Below are positions 1-14,243 of a stretch of 64,000 bases of DNA, one piece after another. Under the pieces are notes generated by a model. That model saw nothing but the letters and a program-made list of their open reading frames with translations, made no database searches and had not been told where the DNA came from. This DNA is from Eledone cirrhosa (lineage: Eukaryota). A program made the translations under genes and the position numbers. Within the stretch, counting starts at the first letter, position 1. Each line of letters begins with the position of its first letter. The stretch is taken from positions 8,308,001 through 8,372,000 of the forward strand of contig OZ024760.1 in NCBI GenBank assembly GCA_964016885.1, written 5' to 3'.

Positions 1-1005
1 TCAATAATGGTATTGAATGGGCAATGATGGTCTTGGATGGTCAGTGGTGGTATTGGATGGTCAATAATGGTATTGAATGGGCAATGATGGTCTTGGATGG
101 TCAGTGGTGGTATTGGATGGTCAATAATGGTATTGAATGGGCAATGATGGTCTTGGATGGTCAGTGGTGGTATTGGATGGTCAATAATGGTATTGAATGG
201 GCAATGATGGTCTTGGATGGTCAGTGGTGGTATTGGATGGTCAATAATGGTATTGAATGGGCAATGATGGTCTTGGATGGTCAGTGGTGGTATTGGATGG
301 TCAATAATGGTATTGAATGGGCAATGATGGTCTTGGATGGTCAGTGGTGGTATTGGATGGTCAATAATGGTATTGAATGGGCAATGATGGTCTTGGATGG
401 TCAGTGGTGGTATTGGATGGTCAATAATGGTATTGAATGGGCAATGATGGTCTTGGATGGTCAGTGGTGGTATTGGATGGTCAATAATGGTATTGAATGG
501 GCAATGATGGTCTTGGATGGTCAGTGGTGGTATTGGATGGTCAATAATGGTATTGAATGGGCAATGATGGTCTTGGATGGTCAGTGGTGGTATTGGATGG
601 TCAATAATGGTATTGAATGGGCAATGATGGTCTTGGATGGTCAGTGGTGGTATTGGATGGGCAATGATGGTATTGGATGGTCAGTGGTGGTATTGGATGA
701 TCAGTGATGGTATTGGATGGTCAGTGATGGTATTGGATGATCGATAATGGTATTGGATGGTCAGTGATGGTATTGGATGGGCAGTGATGGTATTGGATGG
801 TCAGTGATGGTATTGGATGATCGATAATGGTATTGGATGATCGATAATGGTATTGGATGATCGATAATGGTATTGGATGGTCAGTGGTGGTATTGGATGA
901 TCGATAATGGTATTGGATGATCGATAATGGTATTGGATGATCGATAATGGTATTGGATGGTCAGTGATGGTATTGGATGGTCAGTGATGGTATTGGATGG
1001 TCAGT
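1..1005. repeat. Minisatellite: 11 perfect 60-bp units built from a 20-bp monomer, then 20-bp monomers
   Basis: Identical 60-nt lines 1-660. Confidence 0.97.
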
Positions 1006-2771
1006 GGTCTCCTCAGTGGTTGAAATAAGTTAGGGCAGGAAAGAGGAAGTTTTTTTGACAAAAGTAGCAGAAGATACTCAAACAAGATATGTGTGTATAT
1101 ATGTGCGTGTATATGTATATGTAGGTTTGTGAGTGTGTGTGTGTGTGCATATGTATAAGTAGGGATGTGTGTGTGTATACAAATATATATATATGTGTGT
1201 ATGTGTGTGTAGTTGTGTCCGTTAGGGATATGTGGGTGAGTATATGTGTATGAGTGTGTGATAAGAGAATGAGGTGATGGTAAAACTATAGAAGGAATAA
1301 GTCTGAAGAGACAGCTGGGTGCAAGGGAAATAAGTGATATCGATGTATTAAAGTTAGTATTATTGAGTAGAACAGATCTTAGCAATGTTGGTGGGGAGTG
1401 ACACAACAGTGACACAATTGTGACAACACTTGTAACACAGCAGTGACACATTAACAGTGATACAATTGTAACACAACCGTAACACAGCAGTGACACAACT
1501 GTAACACAGTAGTGACACAACCGTAACAAAGTAATGACACAATTGTGATATACTTGTAACACAGCAGTGGCACATACAACAGTGACACACTTGTAATACC
1601 AGTCACACATGTAACAACAATGACACATGTAACTCCAGTTACACACACGTTACATAACAGTCACACATGTAACACAGAAGTGACACATGGGTAACAGTCA
1701 CACATGTGTAACACAAAAGAGACCCAGATTTGTAACAGAATGGAGAGGGGTGTAACAGGAGAGAGAGAGGTGTAACAAAAAAGAGAGAGAGGGGGAGGTA
1801 TAACAGAAGAGATTTCCTGACATGTAAAAGTAGAGACACAATTACTGACATGGTCATTACTCATAATCAAGTATGACTTTGTAGTATGTAGTATGACTTT
1901 GTAGTATGTAGCATGTCTTCAGAATGGTTTTTAAGTGCCTGCGCAGCCGCAGACACAAAAGAGCCAGGGTGTGAGAGCAAGGAGACAAGAGGCCAGCAAG
2001 ATTTCTTTCCAGACCTGGAACACAAATCCAACGTCCTTGAAACTTTACCAAATCAATCACCTTGCACACACCACACACCACACCACACACACCACACACA
2101 CATACACACACCACACCACACACCACACCCCACACCACAAACAACACACCACACACACCACACCACACCACACACAACACACACACACACCCACACACAA
2201 CACACCACACCACACAACACACCACACACCACACCACACACACACCACACACACAACACACCACACCACACACCACACACACACCACACCACACCACACA
2301 CCACACTACACACCACACAACACAACACACCACACACTAAGAACAAAAGCAAAACAAGAAACATTGTGAAGGTATCTGTTGATGAAAGAAATGTGATGAT
2401 ACGATTGAGAAACCATCCTACCGAGGTAGTCTTTGAAAAACTTGCCGCACAGATGACATAGCATCTCGTTTTGGATTGTCGGGCCATGGAAGCTATTCAG
2501 ACAGACAGCTGGAAGAAGAGCAGAAAAAGAGGAAAGCCGAATTAAGAGAGAGAGAGAGAGAGAGAGAAGGAGGGCGAGAATGGGAGCCATGAAGAAAGGG
2601 GGAATATGTGTGAGAGAGAAGAGAGATGAGAGAAGAGAGAGTGGAGGTGAAAGGAAGGTTGAAATAGTAGTGTATATATATAGCAGCTTTTACAAGGTTG
2701 GGCAGAAAGGCTGGACAAAGAGGGAGAGAGAGAGATAGAAAGACAGACATTTTATTTATATATACACACAA

Positions 2772-2957
2772 GCGGTGGATTGGCAGAATCGGTAGAGGGT
2801 CGGACGCCATGCTTTGACGCATAGAGTTACGGCCCTTGCCATTCTGAGTTCAAATCCCGCCGAGGTTAACTTTGCCTTTCATCCTTACGGGGGTCGATAA
2901 AATAAAGTACCAGTAATGCACTGGGTATTGCTGACCCTGTGCCAAAAGTAGAAACAA
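2772..2957 (+). mobile_element. tRNA-derived SINE with Nin/Deu-like domain
   Basis: A box TGGCAGAATCGG, B box GAGTTCAAATCC, core CTTTGCCTTTCATCCTTACGGGGTCGATAAAATAAAGTACCAG; many copies in the window. Confidence 0.85.
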
Positions 2958-3392
2958 TTATTTATATTTACATACACACACACACACACATATATATATT
3001 TATGTGTGTGTGGGGGATATGTCAGCTATTTGTGAACAAAATTTTAATTTCAAGAAAACAAAAATATTTATTAGAAAATATATAGTTATAGAATTTGATC
3101 AATATATTTTCACATACACAGAGCACAAGGCTGTTCGATATAACTGTCTTCAGCTTCGATTATTGCCCCCACTATATGTGTTTTTCAGGTGATCTTTATT
3201 CCTGTTAGCCATAACGATCCCAAACAGCAGACATCAACAAGTCTTTGGTATTGTAGGCATGCTTGTTGGTCTCCCGCTCAATGACACCCAAGATAGAGGT
3301 CTAGGGAGGTTAAATCAGGAGAGCTATGAGGCCAAATGTTAGAGGGAACATACATGATCCTGAACATTTTTGGCCATCCCTTCGTGGGTCAT

Positions 3393-4975
3393 TTAACCCT
3401 TTAGTATTTACATTACTCTATATATACTATTGTATTTTTGCAGTAAATGTTTTACCTCACATAATATTCACATTACTCTATATATACTATTATATTTTCA
3501 TGGTAAAGGCTTTACCTCACATAATATTCACATTACTCTATATATACTATTATATTTTCATGGTAAAGGCTTTGCCTCACATAATATTCACATTACTCTA
3601 TATATACTATTATATTTTCATGGTAAAGGCTTTATCTCACACAATATTCACATTACTCTATATATACTATTATATTTTCATGGTAAAGGCTTTACCTCAC
3701 ATAATATTTACATTACTCTATATATACTATTATATTTTCATGGTAAAGGCTTTATTTCACACAATATTCACATTACTCTATATATACTATTATATTTTCA
3801 TGGTAAAGGCTTTACCTCACACAATATCTCACATAATATTCACATTACTCTATATATACTATTATATTTTCATGGTAAAGGCTTTACCTCACACAATATC
3901 TCACATAATATTCACATTACTCTATATATACTATTATATTTTCATGGTAAAGGCTTTACCTCACACAATATCTCACATAATATTCACATTACTCTATATA
4001 TACTATTATATTTTCATGGTAAAGGCTTTACCTCACACAATATCTCACATAATATTCACATTACTCTATATATACTATTATATTTTCATGGTAAAGGCTT
4101 TACCTCACACAATATCTCACATAATATTCACATTACTCTATATATACTATTATATTTTCATGGTAAAGGCTTTACCTCACACAATATCTCACATAATATT
4201 CACATTACTCTATATATACTATTATATTTTCATGGTAAAGGCTTTACCTCACACAATATTCACATTACTCTATATATACTATTATATTTTCATGGTAAAG
4301 GCTTTACCTCACACAATATCTCACATAATATTCACATTACTCTATATATACTATTATATTTTCATGGTAAAGGCTTTACCTCACACAATATCTCACATAA
4401 TATTTACATTACTCTATATATACTATTATATTTTCATGGTAAAGGCTTTACCTCACACAATATCTCACATAATATTTACATTATTCTATATATACTATTA
4501 TATTTTCATGGTAAAGGCTTTACCTCACACAATATCTCACATAATATTCACATTACTCTATATATACTATTATATTTTCATGGTAAAGGCTTTACCTCAC
4601 ACAATATCTCACATAATATTCACATTACTCTATATATACTATTATATTTTCATGGTAAAGGCTTTACCTCACACAATATCTCACATAATATTCACATTAC
4701 TCTATATATACTATTATATTTTCATGGTAAAGGCTTTACCTCACACAATATCTCACATAATATTTACATTACTCTATATATACTATTATATTTTCATGGT
4801 AAAGGCTTTACCTCACGCAATATCTCACATAATATCGAATCTATGAGATTTTGAAAGTATTTATTTTGACAACAATACCTTAACATCAGTTTGAGTGACC
4901 AGTTACAGCCAGTTTCAACACAAAAAGGTAGAGAATTCTGGCCGATTTTGGCCAGATTGAACACTAAAAGGTTAA
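3393..4975 (+). mobile_element. TTAA-flanked MITE (family A, piggyBac-like) with an internal 60/71-bp tandem expansion
   Basis: TTAA|CCCTTTAG...CTAAAAGG|TTAA; internal part amplified about 21 times; unexpanded ~210-bp copies occur elsewhere in the window. Confidence 0.85.
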
Positions 4976-5394
4976 AGCTGCCATGTTGGAGATGAGAAAA
5001 GAAAGGATATTTAGTTAGACTACTTATGTTTAAATGTTTTGTTCTCAAATAGTTGACACACCATGTGTATCTTTCTCTGTCCCTCTCTCTCATAATAATA
5101 AATCAAAAACCAAGTCCAAAGAGGACTCAATAAGGGTTGTGTATATATATATAAGTATGTATAAACTTGCAGAGCAAATATTTATTATTATTAATAATAT
5201 GTATGTATGTATGTGTGCATGTGTGTGTGTGTGTGGGTGTGTGCGCATGTGTGTGTGTGTGTGTGTGTAGATGTATAGAGATAGAAAGATGGAAATGTGG
5301 GATTCATTGATAGAAATACAAAGAAAAAAACCAAAAGATGAAAAAGCTCGACTGCCAAGAAAGAATAACAATAGATCAGATATTAATATAATTG

Positions 5395-5782
5395 GCAGGT
5401 ATCTGTGGAGTGTTGGACAATATGCTTTATGGCATAGTGTTATGTCCCTTTACGATCTGAGTCGGTGGAGTGCTGGACAACATGCTTTATGGCATAGAGT
5501 TACGTCCCTTTACGATCTGAGTCGGTGGAGTGTTGGACAACATGCTTTATGGCATAGAGTTACGTCCCTTTACGACCTGAGTCGGTGGAGTGTTGGACAA
5601 CATGCTTTACGGCATAAAGTTACGTCCCTTTACAATCTGAGTTTAAATGTTGCCAAGGTTAACTTTGCCTTTCATCCTTACGGGGTTGATAAAATAAAGT
5701 ACCAGTAATGTACTGGGGGGTTGATTTAATCAATTTTCCCCTTCCCCAAAATTGTTGGCCTTGTGCCTAAATCAGAAACCAA
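5395..5782 (+). mobile_element. Same SINE family with four tandem 60-bp copies of the head region
   Basis: 60-bp repeat 5405-5642 followed by the Nin-like core and tail. Confidence 0.75.
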
Positions 5783-6159
5783 TGTAATAATATATCCAAT
5801 TTAAATAATAAATCTTTTTTTAAAAAATCAACTGAAAATTACAGTAAAATAATAACAACAACAACAGGGAATATAATAGACACAAAGAAAACAACGAAAG
5901 TCATTGTATATTTCTCACTAATTTTCAAAATCTTCAAATCTAAGAGAACTGTTAAAGACACTCTTAAGAGAGAAAAATTGATAAGGGAGAGGTGGTGGGC
6001 ATGGTGGTGGAAGGTTAAAGACACTTGACAAAGCTTATAAGACAGACTAGGGAATATATATAACAGCAAATAAACAGAAAAACAAGGAAAACGAATCTCC
6101 CACCCACACTCACATCCATCACCAAGAAAAGGGAGAGAAAGACAGTTAGTTGGAGGATA

Positions 6160-6321
6160 TACAGGTAAAATTCCGTTATCACAAATTTTTCATGTATAAC
6201 GAAATTTTTTTCAACACCCGAGTTAATAACAAACAAACACTTGATATGTTTTGGTCAATCTCGTTATAAAGATTTTTTTTTTTATTCCCCGTGAATTTCA
6301 TTATAACAGAATTTCACTGTA
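6160..6321 (+). mobile_element. TA-flanked Tc1/pogo-like MITE; other copies near 34191-34382 and 38545-38706
   Basis: TA|CAGGTAAAATTCCGTTAT...ATAACAGAATTTCACTG|TA. Confidence 0.72.
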
Positions 6322-6904
6322 ATTATTTAACCTTCTGGACGCTGAATTTTTTCATGAATTACTTCCCTTGATATTGTATTGTGTATTAAGGGGAGATTAC
6401 TCTATTGGCCGACTTATGTCGCTGACAGCGCTAAGAGGGTTAATGAATGCCGGTGTCATGAGGTTTGTGTGTGTGTAGCCTCAGCCCCTCCTCTCTCTCT
6501 CTAACTAAACTGCTTAGTGAAGGACGGTAGGGGAACAACCCTTGACCTCTGAGACTGAGGTGGAAAGTAGCCTCAAACACTGAATAGCTCGCCTGTTTGC
6601 TACAACAGGGTGGGGGGGGGGGACTGCTAAAGACAATCAAGGAGCCAATAGCAATGGACTGGATATGGTGGTGGCAGGAAGTGTTTTCTAGTGAAAGATA
6701 TATAGGGTATGGTAGTGTGGTGTTAGGGAGGTTCACTGGTGAAATATAGATAGGTGGTGGTGGAGTGGAGGGGCATTCATTGGTGAAAGATGGATTGGGT
6801 GATGGTTGTGGTGGTGTGGTGGAGGCTCATTGGCTGAGTGAGAGAAAGAAAGAAATTACAAGAAACAAGATTAACCAACCAAAAATTTAAGGAAGCATGG
6901 AAGA

Positions 6905-6946
<42 letters not shown>

Positions 6947-7150
6947 TGTGTTAGTTCCATCAAACACCAACGTTAAGAGACAGCAAATAAAAATGGAAGC
7001 CATGCTGTTTCCTGGTGTTTCCAACAATCAGAAAATACAAGAAAAACAAAAAGAAATAAAGAAAAATGCAGTTAATGATTTAAAGTATTTTTTTTAAAAA
7101 TACATCGAGCCAAAGAAAGATTAATAAGTATAGTGAGAGGGGGAGCTAAA

Positions 7151-7266
7151 TTAACCTTTAGCACACTAGTAATTTTTATGAGTTGTTTCCCTTGACATTG
7201 CGTAATTTATAAAGGGAAGATTACTCATATAGCGCCATATGTCGCCCACAGCGTCCTGAAGGTTAA
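7151..7266 (+). mobile_element. Short (~115 bp) TTAA-flanked MITE family C; other copies near 6327-6443, 25547-25662, 33352-33466, 41117-41215, 60439-60560
   Basis: TTAACCTT...GAAGGTTAA with internal CCCTT...AAGGG stem; dispersed copies. Confidence 0.75.
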
Positions 7267-8188
7267 CCCTTTTTATTACCATAATTCTAATACAATCCAG
7301 TGTCTAGAATTTTTATGATTTTGAAAGTAATCGAGAATTTGGAGGGATTTAGTAAAATAACTATCTCATTATTATGTTGGTGTTTTTTGGAACATAACTT
7401 TAAAACAAAGGTTCTTACATAGAAATCGTGAAAGGTTTTTAAACAATTGTGAACATTTTAAAACAAAGTTTTGTTTTGTATGACCAAAAGCAGTTTCAGG
7501 CAGCTTGATATCAAAAGAGTCAACTTATTTTGGTTGATTATGAATATATAAAGTAGAGGGGGTGGGAGCAAAGGAATGGGGGATGAGGGCCCTTCGAAAA
7601 AATACAAAACCCAAAATAGTTATTTGGCAGCATCACTATTGGCTGTAGAAATCTGCAAAAAAAACTTTTTGGACCATTCTGGATATTAGTTTTAACTGCT
7701 AACATCCTGTAATGATTCAGCAAAAAATATCTTGAAGCAGCTTTCTCAATTGAAATGTTTGTAGTATCTTTAGTAGAGGACAGATCCAGAAATTTTACAG
7801 TAAAAACTTCAATTTTTCATGTGGTTTTGATAATATGCTCTCATGTGGTACTTCCTTGTGCTGTTTTGTATGTTTTAAAAGAATCTCTTGCTAATATGCC
7901 TTCATGTGGTAAAGATGTTATGCTGTTTTGTATGTTTTTAAAGGTCTTGCTAATATGATCTCATGTGGTACTTTTTTGTGCTCTTTTGTATGTTTTTAAA
8001 GAATGCCTTGCTACTATGTCCTCATGTGGTAAAGTTGTAATGCTGTTTTGGATGTTTTTAAAGAATGTCTTGTTAATATGTTCTCATGTGGTATAGGACA
8101 GTAGAAGTTAAAATGACAGACCTAACACAATAGGTGGTGGAGAAAATAACCATGAGTATATTTTTGTCATCCTTAGGAGATAAATTAT

Positions 8189-8391
8189 TTAACCCTTCAG
8201 CATTTACATTATTCTATATTTACTATTGTATTTTCACAGAAAAATCTTTATCTCACATAATATACAATCTACAAGATTTTGATGTTATATATTTTGAATA
8301 CCTTAGTGTAGGTATGATCAACCAGTTACAGCTGGTTTGAACAGAAACAGGTGAAAGAGTTCTGACCGGATACGGACGGTTTAAGGGTTAA
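8189..8391 (+). mobile_element. MITE family A copy
   Basis: TTAA TSD, CCCTT...AAGGG TIR, same internal sequence. Confidence 0.8.
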
Positions 8392-8559
8392 AGAATGAAG
8401 AATTTTGTGTTGATGGTATCATGAAATAAATAGCCAATAGATTCCATTTAATGTCTGGGAAAATTCCATGATATGAGACATTTTTTTTAATGATCATAAA
8501 TAGAGAAATATCAGACGGGGGTGTTGATAAACTGCGAGATGTTGATAATTCAACAGTGG

Positions 8560-9760
8560 TCATGGTGATGGTAGCGGTGGTGGTGGTGGTGGTGTTGGTA
8601 GGGCGGTGGTGGTGTTGGTAGGGCGGTGGTGGTATTGGTAGGGCGGTGGTAGTGTTGGTAGGGCGGTGGTGGTGTTGGTAGGAACTGTGGTGGTGGTGGT
8701 GGTGGCGTTGGTAGTGGTGGTAGGAGCTGAGGTGGTGACAATGATGATGGTTGTGGTGGTAACTATGATGGTGGTGGTGGTGTTGGTAGGGTGGTGGTGT
8801 TGGTAACAATGATGATGGTTGTGGTGGTGGTGGTATCTGTGGTGGCAATAGCTGTGGTAGTGGTGGTGGTGGTAGGAGCTGTGGCTGTGGTAGTGGTGAT
8901 GGTAGGGGTGGTGGTGGTGGTGGTAGGAGCTCTAGTGGTGGTGGTGGTGTTGGTAGCTGTGATGGTAAGACTGATGGTAGTGGTGCTGGTAGGAACTGTA
9001 GTGGTGGTGGTGGTGGCGTTGGTAGTGGCAGGAGCTGAGGTGGTAACTATGATGGTGGTGGTGGTGGTGTTAGTAGTAACTATGGTAGTGGTGACTGTGA
9101 TGATGGTGATGTTAGTAGTAGCTGTGGTGGTGGTGGTGATGGTGGTGTTAGCAGTAGCTATGGTGGTGGTGACTGTGATGATGGTGATGGTGTTAGTAAT
9201 AGCTGTGGTGGTAGTGGTGGTTGTAGTGGTGGTTGTGATGGTAGTGGTGTTAGCAGTAACTGTGGTGTTGGTGGTAGTGGTGGTTGTGATGGTAGTGGTA
9301 GCTGTAGTGATGGTGGTGGTATTAGTAGTAGCTGTGGTGTTGGTGGTAGTGATGGTATGGTAGCTGTAGTAGTAGTGGTGTTGGTGGTAGCTGTAGTAGT
9401 GGTGGTGGTGGCGGTGGTGGTAGCTGTAGTAGTGGTGTTGGTGGTAGTGGTGGTGGTAGCTGTAGTAGTGGTGGTGGTGGTGGTAGCTGTAGTAGTGGTG
9501 GCTGTGATGATGGTGGTTGTGTTAGTCGTAGTTGTGGTGTTGGTGGTAGTGGTGGTGGTGGTGGTATTAGTAGTAGTTGTGGTGTTGGTGGTAGTGATGG
9601 TGGTGGTATTAGTAGTAGCTGTGGTGTTGGTGGTAGTGATGGTGGTGGTGTTAGTCGTAGCTGTGGTGTTGGTGGTGGTGGTGGTAGTGGCTGTAGTGGT
9701 GGTGTTAGCAGTAGCTGTGGTGTTCGTGGTGGTGGTGGTGGTGGTGGTGATAGCAGTGAG
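8560..9760. repeat. (GGT/GTA)n degenerate trinucleotide repeat
   Basis: Direct reading. Confidence 0.95.
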
Positions 9761-10015
9761 TGTTGCTGTCTATAGAACCAGCCGTAGGGGGTGGGGAAGG
9801 CGAAGGGGTCGGGGGGCGAGGTGATAAATAAAAGAAAATGAAGGAAACAATTGAGAAAATTCCAGCAGTACGTACCTGAGCAGGAATTTGGTGAAGGAGT
9901 TCCTTAATTCTGTGTAGAGCCATTAATAGCTGGCAGCAGACTTTCAACATTGGTCAGATCTCATCAGTCCTGCTCTTAGAGGTGTCAGTGTGTCTGTACA
10001 TGTGTGTGTGTGTGT

Positions 10016-10064
<49 letters not shown>

Positions 10065-10164
10065 GGGGAGGGGGGTATGTTGGTATATTGTTGTTGTTGT
10101 AGGAAGAAACAGAATTACAACAAAGGAAGAGAGAAGACAGTGACAAGGAGGAGGAGAAGGAAGA

Positions 10165-11235
10165 GAAGATGGCAGGTGACTGAAGGGAGATGACAGGTGA
10201 CTGATGGGAGATGACAGGTGACTGAAGGGAGATGACAGGTGACTGATGGGAGATGACAGGTGACTGATGGAAGATGGCAGGTGACTGATGGGAGATGACA
10301 GGTGACTGATGGGAGATGACAGGTGACTGATGGGAGATGGCAGGTGACTGATGGGAGATGACAGGTGACTGGTGGGAGATGACAGGTGACTGATGGGAGG
10401 TGACAGGTGACTGATGGGAGATGACAGGTGACTGATGGGAGATGGCAGGTGACTGATGGGAGATGACAGGTGACTGATGGGAGATGGCAGGTGACTGATG
10501 GGAGATGACAGGTGACTGATGGGAGATGACAGGTGACTGGTGGGAGATGACAGGTGACTGATGGGAGGTGACAGGTGACTGATGGGAGATGACAGGTGAC
10601 TGATGGGAGATGGCAGGTGACTGATGGAAGATGGCAGGTGACTGAAGGGAGATGACAGGTGACTGATGGGAGGTGACAGGTGACTGATGGGAGGTGACAG
10701 GTGACTGATGGGAGGTGACAGGTGACTGATGGGAGATGGCAGGTGACTGATGGGAGATGGCAGGTGACTGATGGGAGGTGACAGGTGACTGATGGGAGGT
10801 GACAGGTGACTGATGGAAGATGGCAGGTGACTGATGGGAGATGACAGGTGACTGATGGGAGATGACAGGTGACTGATGGGAGATGACAGGTGACTGATGG
10901 GAGATGGCAGGTGACAGGTGACTGATGGGAGATGCCAGGTGACTGATGGGAGATGACAGGTGACTGATGGAAGATGCCAGGTGACTAATGGAAGATGGCA
11001 GGTGACTGATGGGAGATGGCAGGTGACAGGTGACTGATGGGAGATGCCAGGTGACTGATGGGAGATGACAGGTGACTAATGGAAGATGGCAGGTGACTAA
11101 TGGAAGATGCCAGGTGACTAATGGAAGATGACAGGTGACTGATGGGAGATGGCAGGTGACTGATGGGAGATGCCAGGTGACTGATGGGAGATGACAGGTG
11201 ACTAATGGAAGATGGCAGGTGACTGATGGGAGATG
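10165..11235. repeat. 21-bp minisatellite GATGACAGGTGACTGATGGGA
   Basis: About 50 copies. Confidence 0.95.
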
Positions 11236-11606
11236 GATGATGACAGAAGATGAAAAACAAGAAAAGAATTGAAAGAGAGAGAGATAAAAAAGAGAAGACA
11301 AAGATGAGGAGAAATGTCATTAAACATCAACAATGGTGTAATAATAGTAATAACAATAATAATAACGGCCACTGGATGGTATAAACGTATATTAGTGTTG
11401 TATAACAATGTTTTATAAACCAGATATTGTTATTAAGGTTCAAACCTGTACCTGTGTATAGTTAGCTGACAATAACAATATAACCTGTCATCCTGTTGGG
11501 GTTGATAAAATAAAATACCTGTCGGGGGCAGTGGATTGGTGGGATTGTTAGAAGATCAGACAAAATGTCTTGTGGTATCTGATCCAGTTCTGAGATCAAA
11601 TACTGC

Positions 11607-11823
11607 TCAACCCCTTTAGTATTTACATTACTCTATATATACTATTGTATTTTCATGGTAAAGGCTTTATCTCACACAATATCGAATCTACGAGCTTTTG
11701 ATATTATCTAATTTGAAAACAATACCTTAACATAAGTATGAACAACCAGTTACGACTGGTTTAAACAGAAAAATGTGAGAGAATTCTAGCCAGATACAGC
11801 CGGTGTAAATGCTAAAGGGTTGA
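11607..11823 (+). mobile_element. MITE family A copy, inside a degenerate SINE cluster
   Basis: cccctttagtatttacattactc...atgctaaagggttga. Confidence 0.75.
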
Positions 11824-12156
11824 GTCAACTTTGACTTTCAACCTTCTCGGGTTGATATAATAAAGCACTAGTCTTGTGGTATCTGATCCACTTCCAAGAT
11901 CAAATACTGCTTAAGTCAACTTTGACTTTCATTCTTTTAGGGTTGATATAACAAAGCACTAGTCGAAGCTGATGAATTGTCAAAATTGTTAGAGTGTCAG
12001 ACAAAATACTTTACAGCATTTGTTCTGTCTTGAGATTCAAATTCCAGTAATGACCATAAGACACACAAAAAAAAAAAAAAAAAAAAAAAAAAAAGAATTT
12101 TACAGCTCATATCTATGCAGGTTTAGCTGACCTACAAGGAACTTTTCTTGGGTTTT

Positions 12157-12437
12157 TTAACCTCATCAGTACCATAGACAAGATAACTCATCCTAACATG
12201 TATGCATTCCAATGCCACAGACGAGATAACTCGTTCTAACATGTTTGAACTCTTTTCCAACGGTTCATAACTTCAAAGTTATGAACTAATTTCTAACAGT
12301 TCATAACTTCAAAGCTAGATGGGGTTACTAGTTTATTGATTTGATGTTTGTCAATCAAAATAGTCATTTTACTGGGGGGAAAAACCTGGCACAGCAACTG
12401 TAGCTGTGTAAAATATATGCGGTAGTCAACAGGTTAA
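12157..12437 (+). mobile_element. TTAA-flanked MITE family B
   Basis: TTAACCT...AGGTTAA; inverted homolog at 55376-55692. Confidence 0.75.
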
Positions 12438-13100
12438 TGATAGGAGACCATTTATGAAAAGCAGTGTGAAATAAAGTGCCTTGTTCAAGAAGAATACAAT
12501 GTGCCAGCCAGCCAGTCAGTCCAGGAATTGAACCAACAAACTTATGATTGCAAGTCTAACTCCCTATCCACTAATCCATACCATGGGATTTCAAAATGGA
12601 AGCTACAATGGGTAGAAGAGAGTGACAACCATCTGCGACTGCAGTCAAACAATAATAAGTAGTAAACCACAATTTTGTTAATATTATGCCTTTGGATCAA
12701 ATTGAGGAGCAAGCAGATTGGAGAAGGGGAAAACCATGCAAGAAAAACAAAAAGCAGAAGAAAAAAAAGAAAAAAAATGTAAATGGTGGTGGTGATGAAG
12801 ATGGAATTCCTTTCTCAGGATTCCTGATTCCATCAAATTGACCTGAGGATGGAAAATAAACCAATAACCAAAATGAAGTGGTGGTGGTGGTGATGGTGGT
12901 ATAAGAGTATCTTTTCATTTCTTATGCCCATATATGGAAAATATAATATTAACTCTTTTTCAATCAATGGAGTAGCCTGTTTGTGAAATTCTATGAGATG
13001 TAAAGTTGAAATTTCAAAAACGTTTCATCAGCAGTTTTTTTATTATCAAGTCTAATTGGGAACCTTTATAACATAGATTTATCTAGCCATTTACAAGGTT

Positions 13101-13316
13101 TTAACCCTTTACCATTTACATTACTCTATATTTACAATCATATTTTCACGGTAAAGGCTTTACCTCACATAATATTGAATCTATGAGATTTTGATATTAT
13201 TTATTTTGAGAACAATACCTTAACACCAGTATGAGTGGCCAGTTACAACTGGTTTGAACAGAAAGAGATGAGAGAATTCTGGCCAGATACGGCCGGTTTA
13301 AATGTTAAAGGGTTAA
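13101..13316 (+). mobile_element. MITE family A copy
   Basis: TTAA TSD and TIRs. Confidence 0.85.
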
Positions 13317-13929
13317 TGACAGGGATCCCAATCCTATCATGTTGTTACACTCCTGGATAGGATGCTAGGTGGTAAGATAAACAAAGATAAAGTTCTTTCT
13401 TGAACATCTAGTCTTTTCATACCAAGGCTTACCCTGGACTGATGTCATGCAATATTAAACAACTGAGAATACAAGACTCCACCATCACCACCCCAAAAAG
13501 GACAGCAGCTCATCACAAGATTTACCCCATCCCCACTCCATTATTTGTTTCAGCTGAATGGATCAGAGCTAAGTGAAATGAAGAATGTTGCTCAAGAACA
13601 CAATAGAAGAATGAAACCCATGATATTATGGTCATGAGCTGAACACCTTAATGATTAAACCACACACTTTCACTTGGAGAATTGAGAAAAGGCTTTGACA
13701 AGAGGAAAAAATGTCTTCTTTTTTTCTTTAAGGCTAAAGGAAAAGTTGTTTGTTAAATGAGAAAAAAATAATAGAAGCCAAGCTGGAGCAAAATTAACAG
13801 TCAAATGGCAGCCATGCAAGAAAGATAAAACATTTTATAAATTTTCATTAACAGGACATGAAACAGCACCTGAAAACAAAACTAGGTTAGATTATACAAC
13901 AATTACACACACAGAGTCTAAAAAAAAGT

Positions 13930-14200
13930 CTGTCTTAAGCCAGAAGGCTCATTTGGCCGGTGCTTATCCTGGTTTCATGGCGTGAAGCGACTGAGAGTAC
14001 AAGACTCCCCCCTGGACAGGACGCCAGTCCATCACAGGGTTAAACCTCCAGTTATTGTTGGTACTCATTTTCAGCTGAGTATACTGGAACAACGTGAAGA
14101 GAAGTGTTTTGCTCAAGAACACAACACGCAACCCAGGAATCGAGCCCACAACACTACGATCGCAAGTCCAACACCCTTACCACTAGGCCACGTGCCTCCA
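13930..14200 (-). mobile_element. CORE-like SINE; related copy at 18160-18428
   Basis: gtgttttgctcaagaacacaac...ggaatcgagccc. Confidence 0.78.
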
Positions 14201-14243
14201 CACACACACACACACAGAGACACACACGTAATGTGGTGTGAGA

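Noticed and set aside
24-707. Met/Trp/Tyr-rich 227-aa repeat ORF, superficially reflectin-like
   Set aside because: Perfect DNA repeat with no synonymous variation and no reflectin motif
3326-4854. 506-aa and 474-aa ORFs
   Set aside because: Translations of a MITE-internal tandem repeat
8791-11301. Poly-Val, poly-His and SHQSPVI ORFs (similar ones at 31047-32237, 38898-40099, 62948-63505)
   Set aside because: Microsatellite or minisatellite translations
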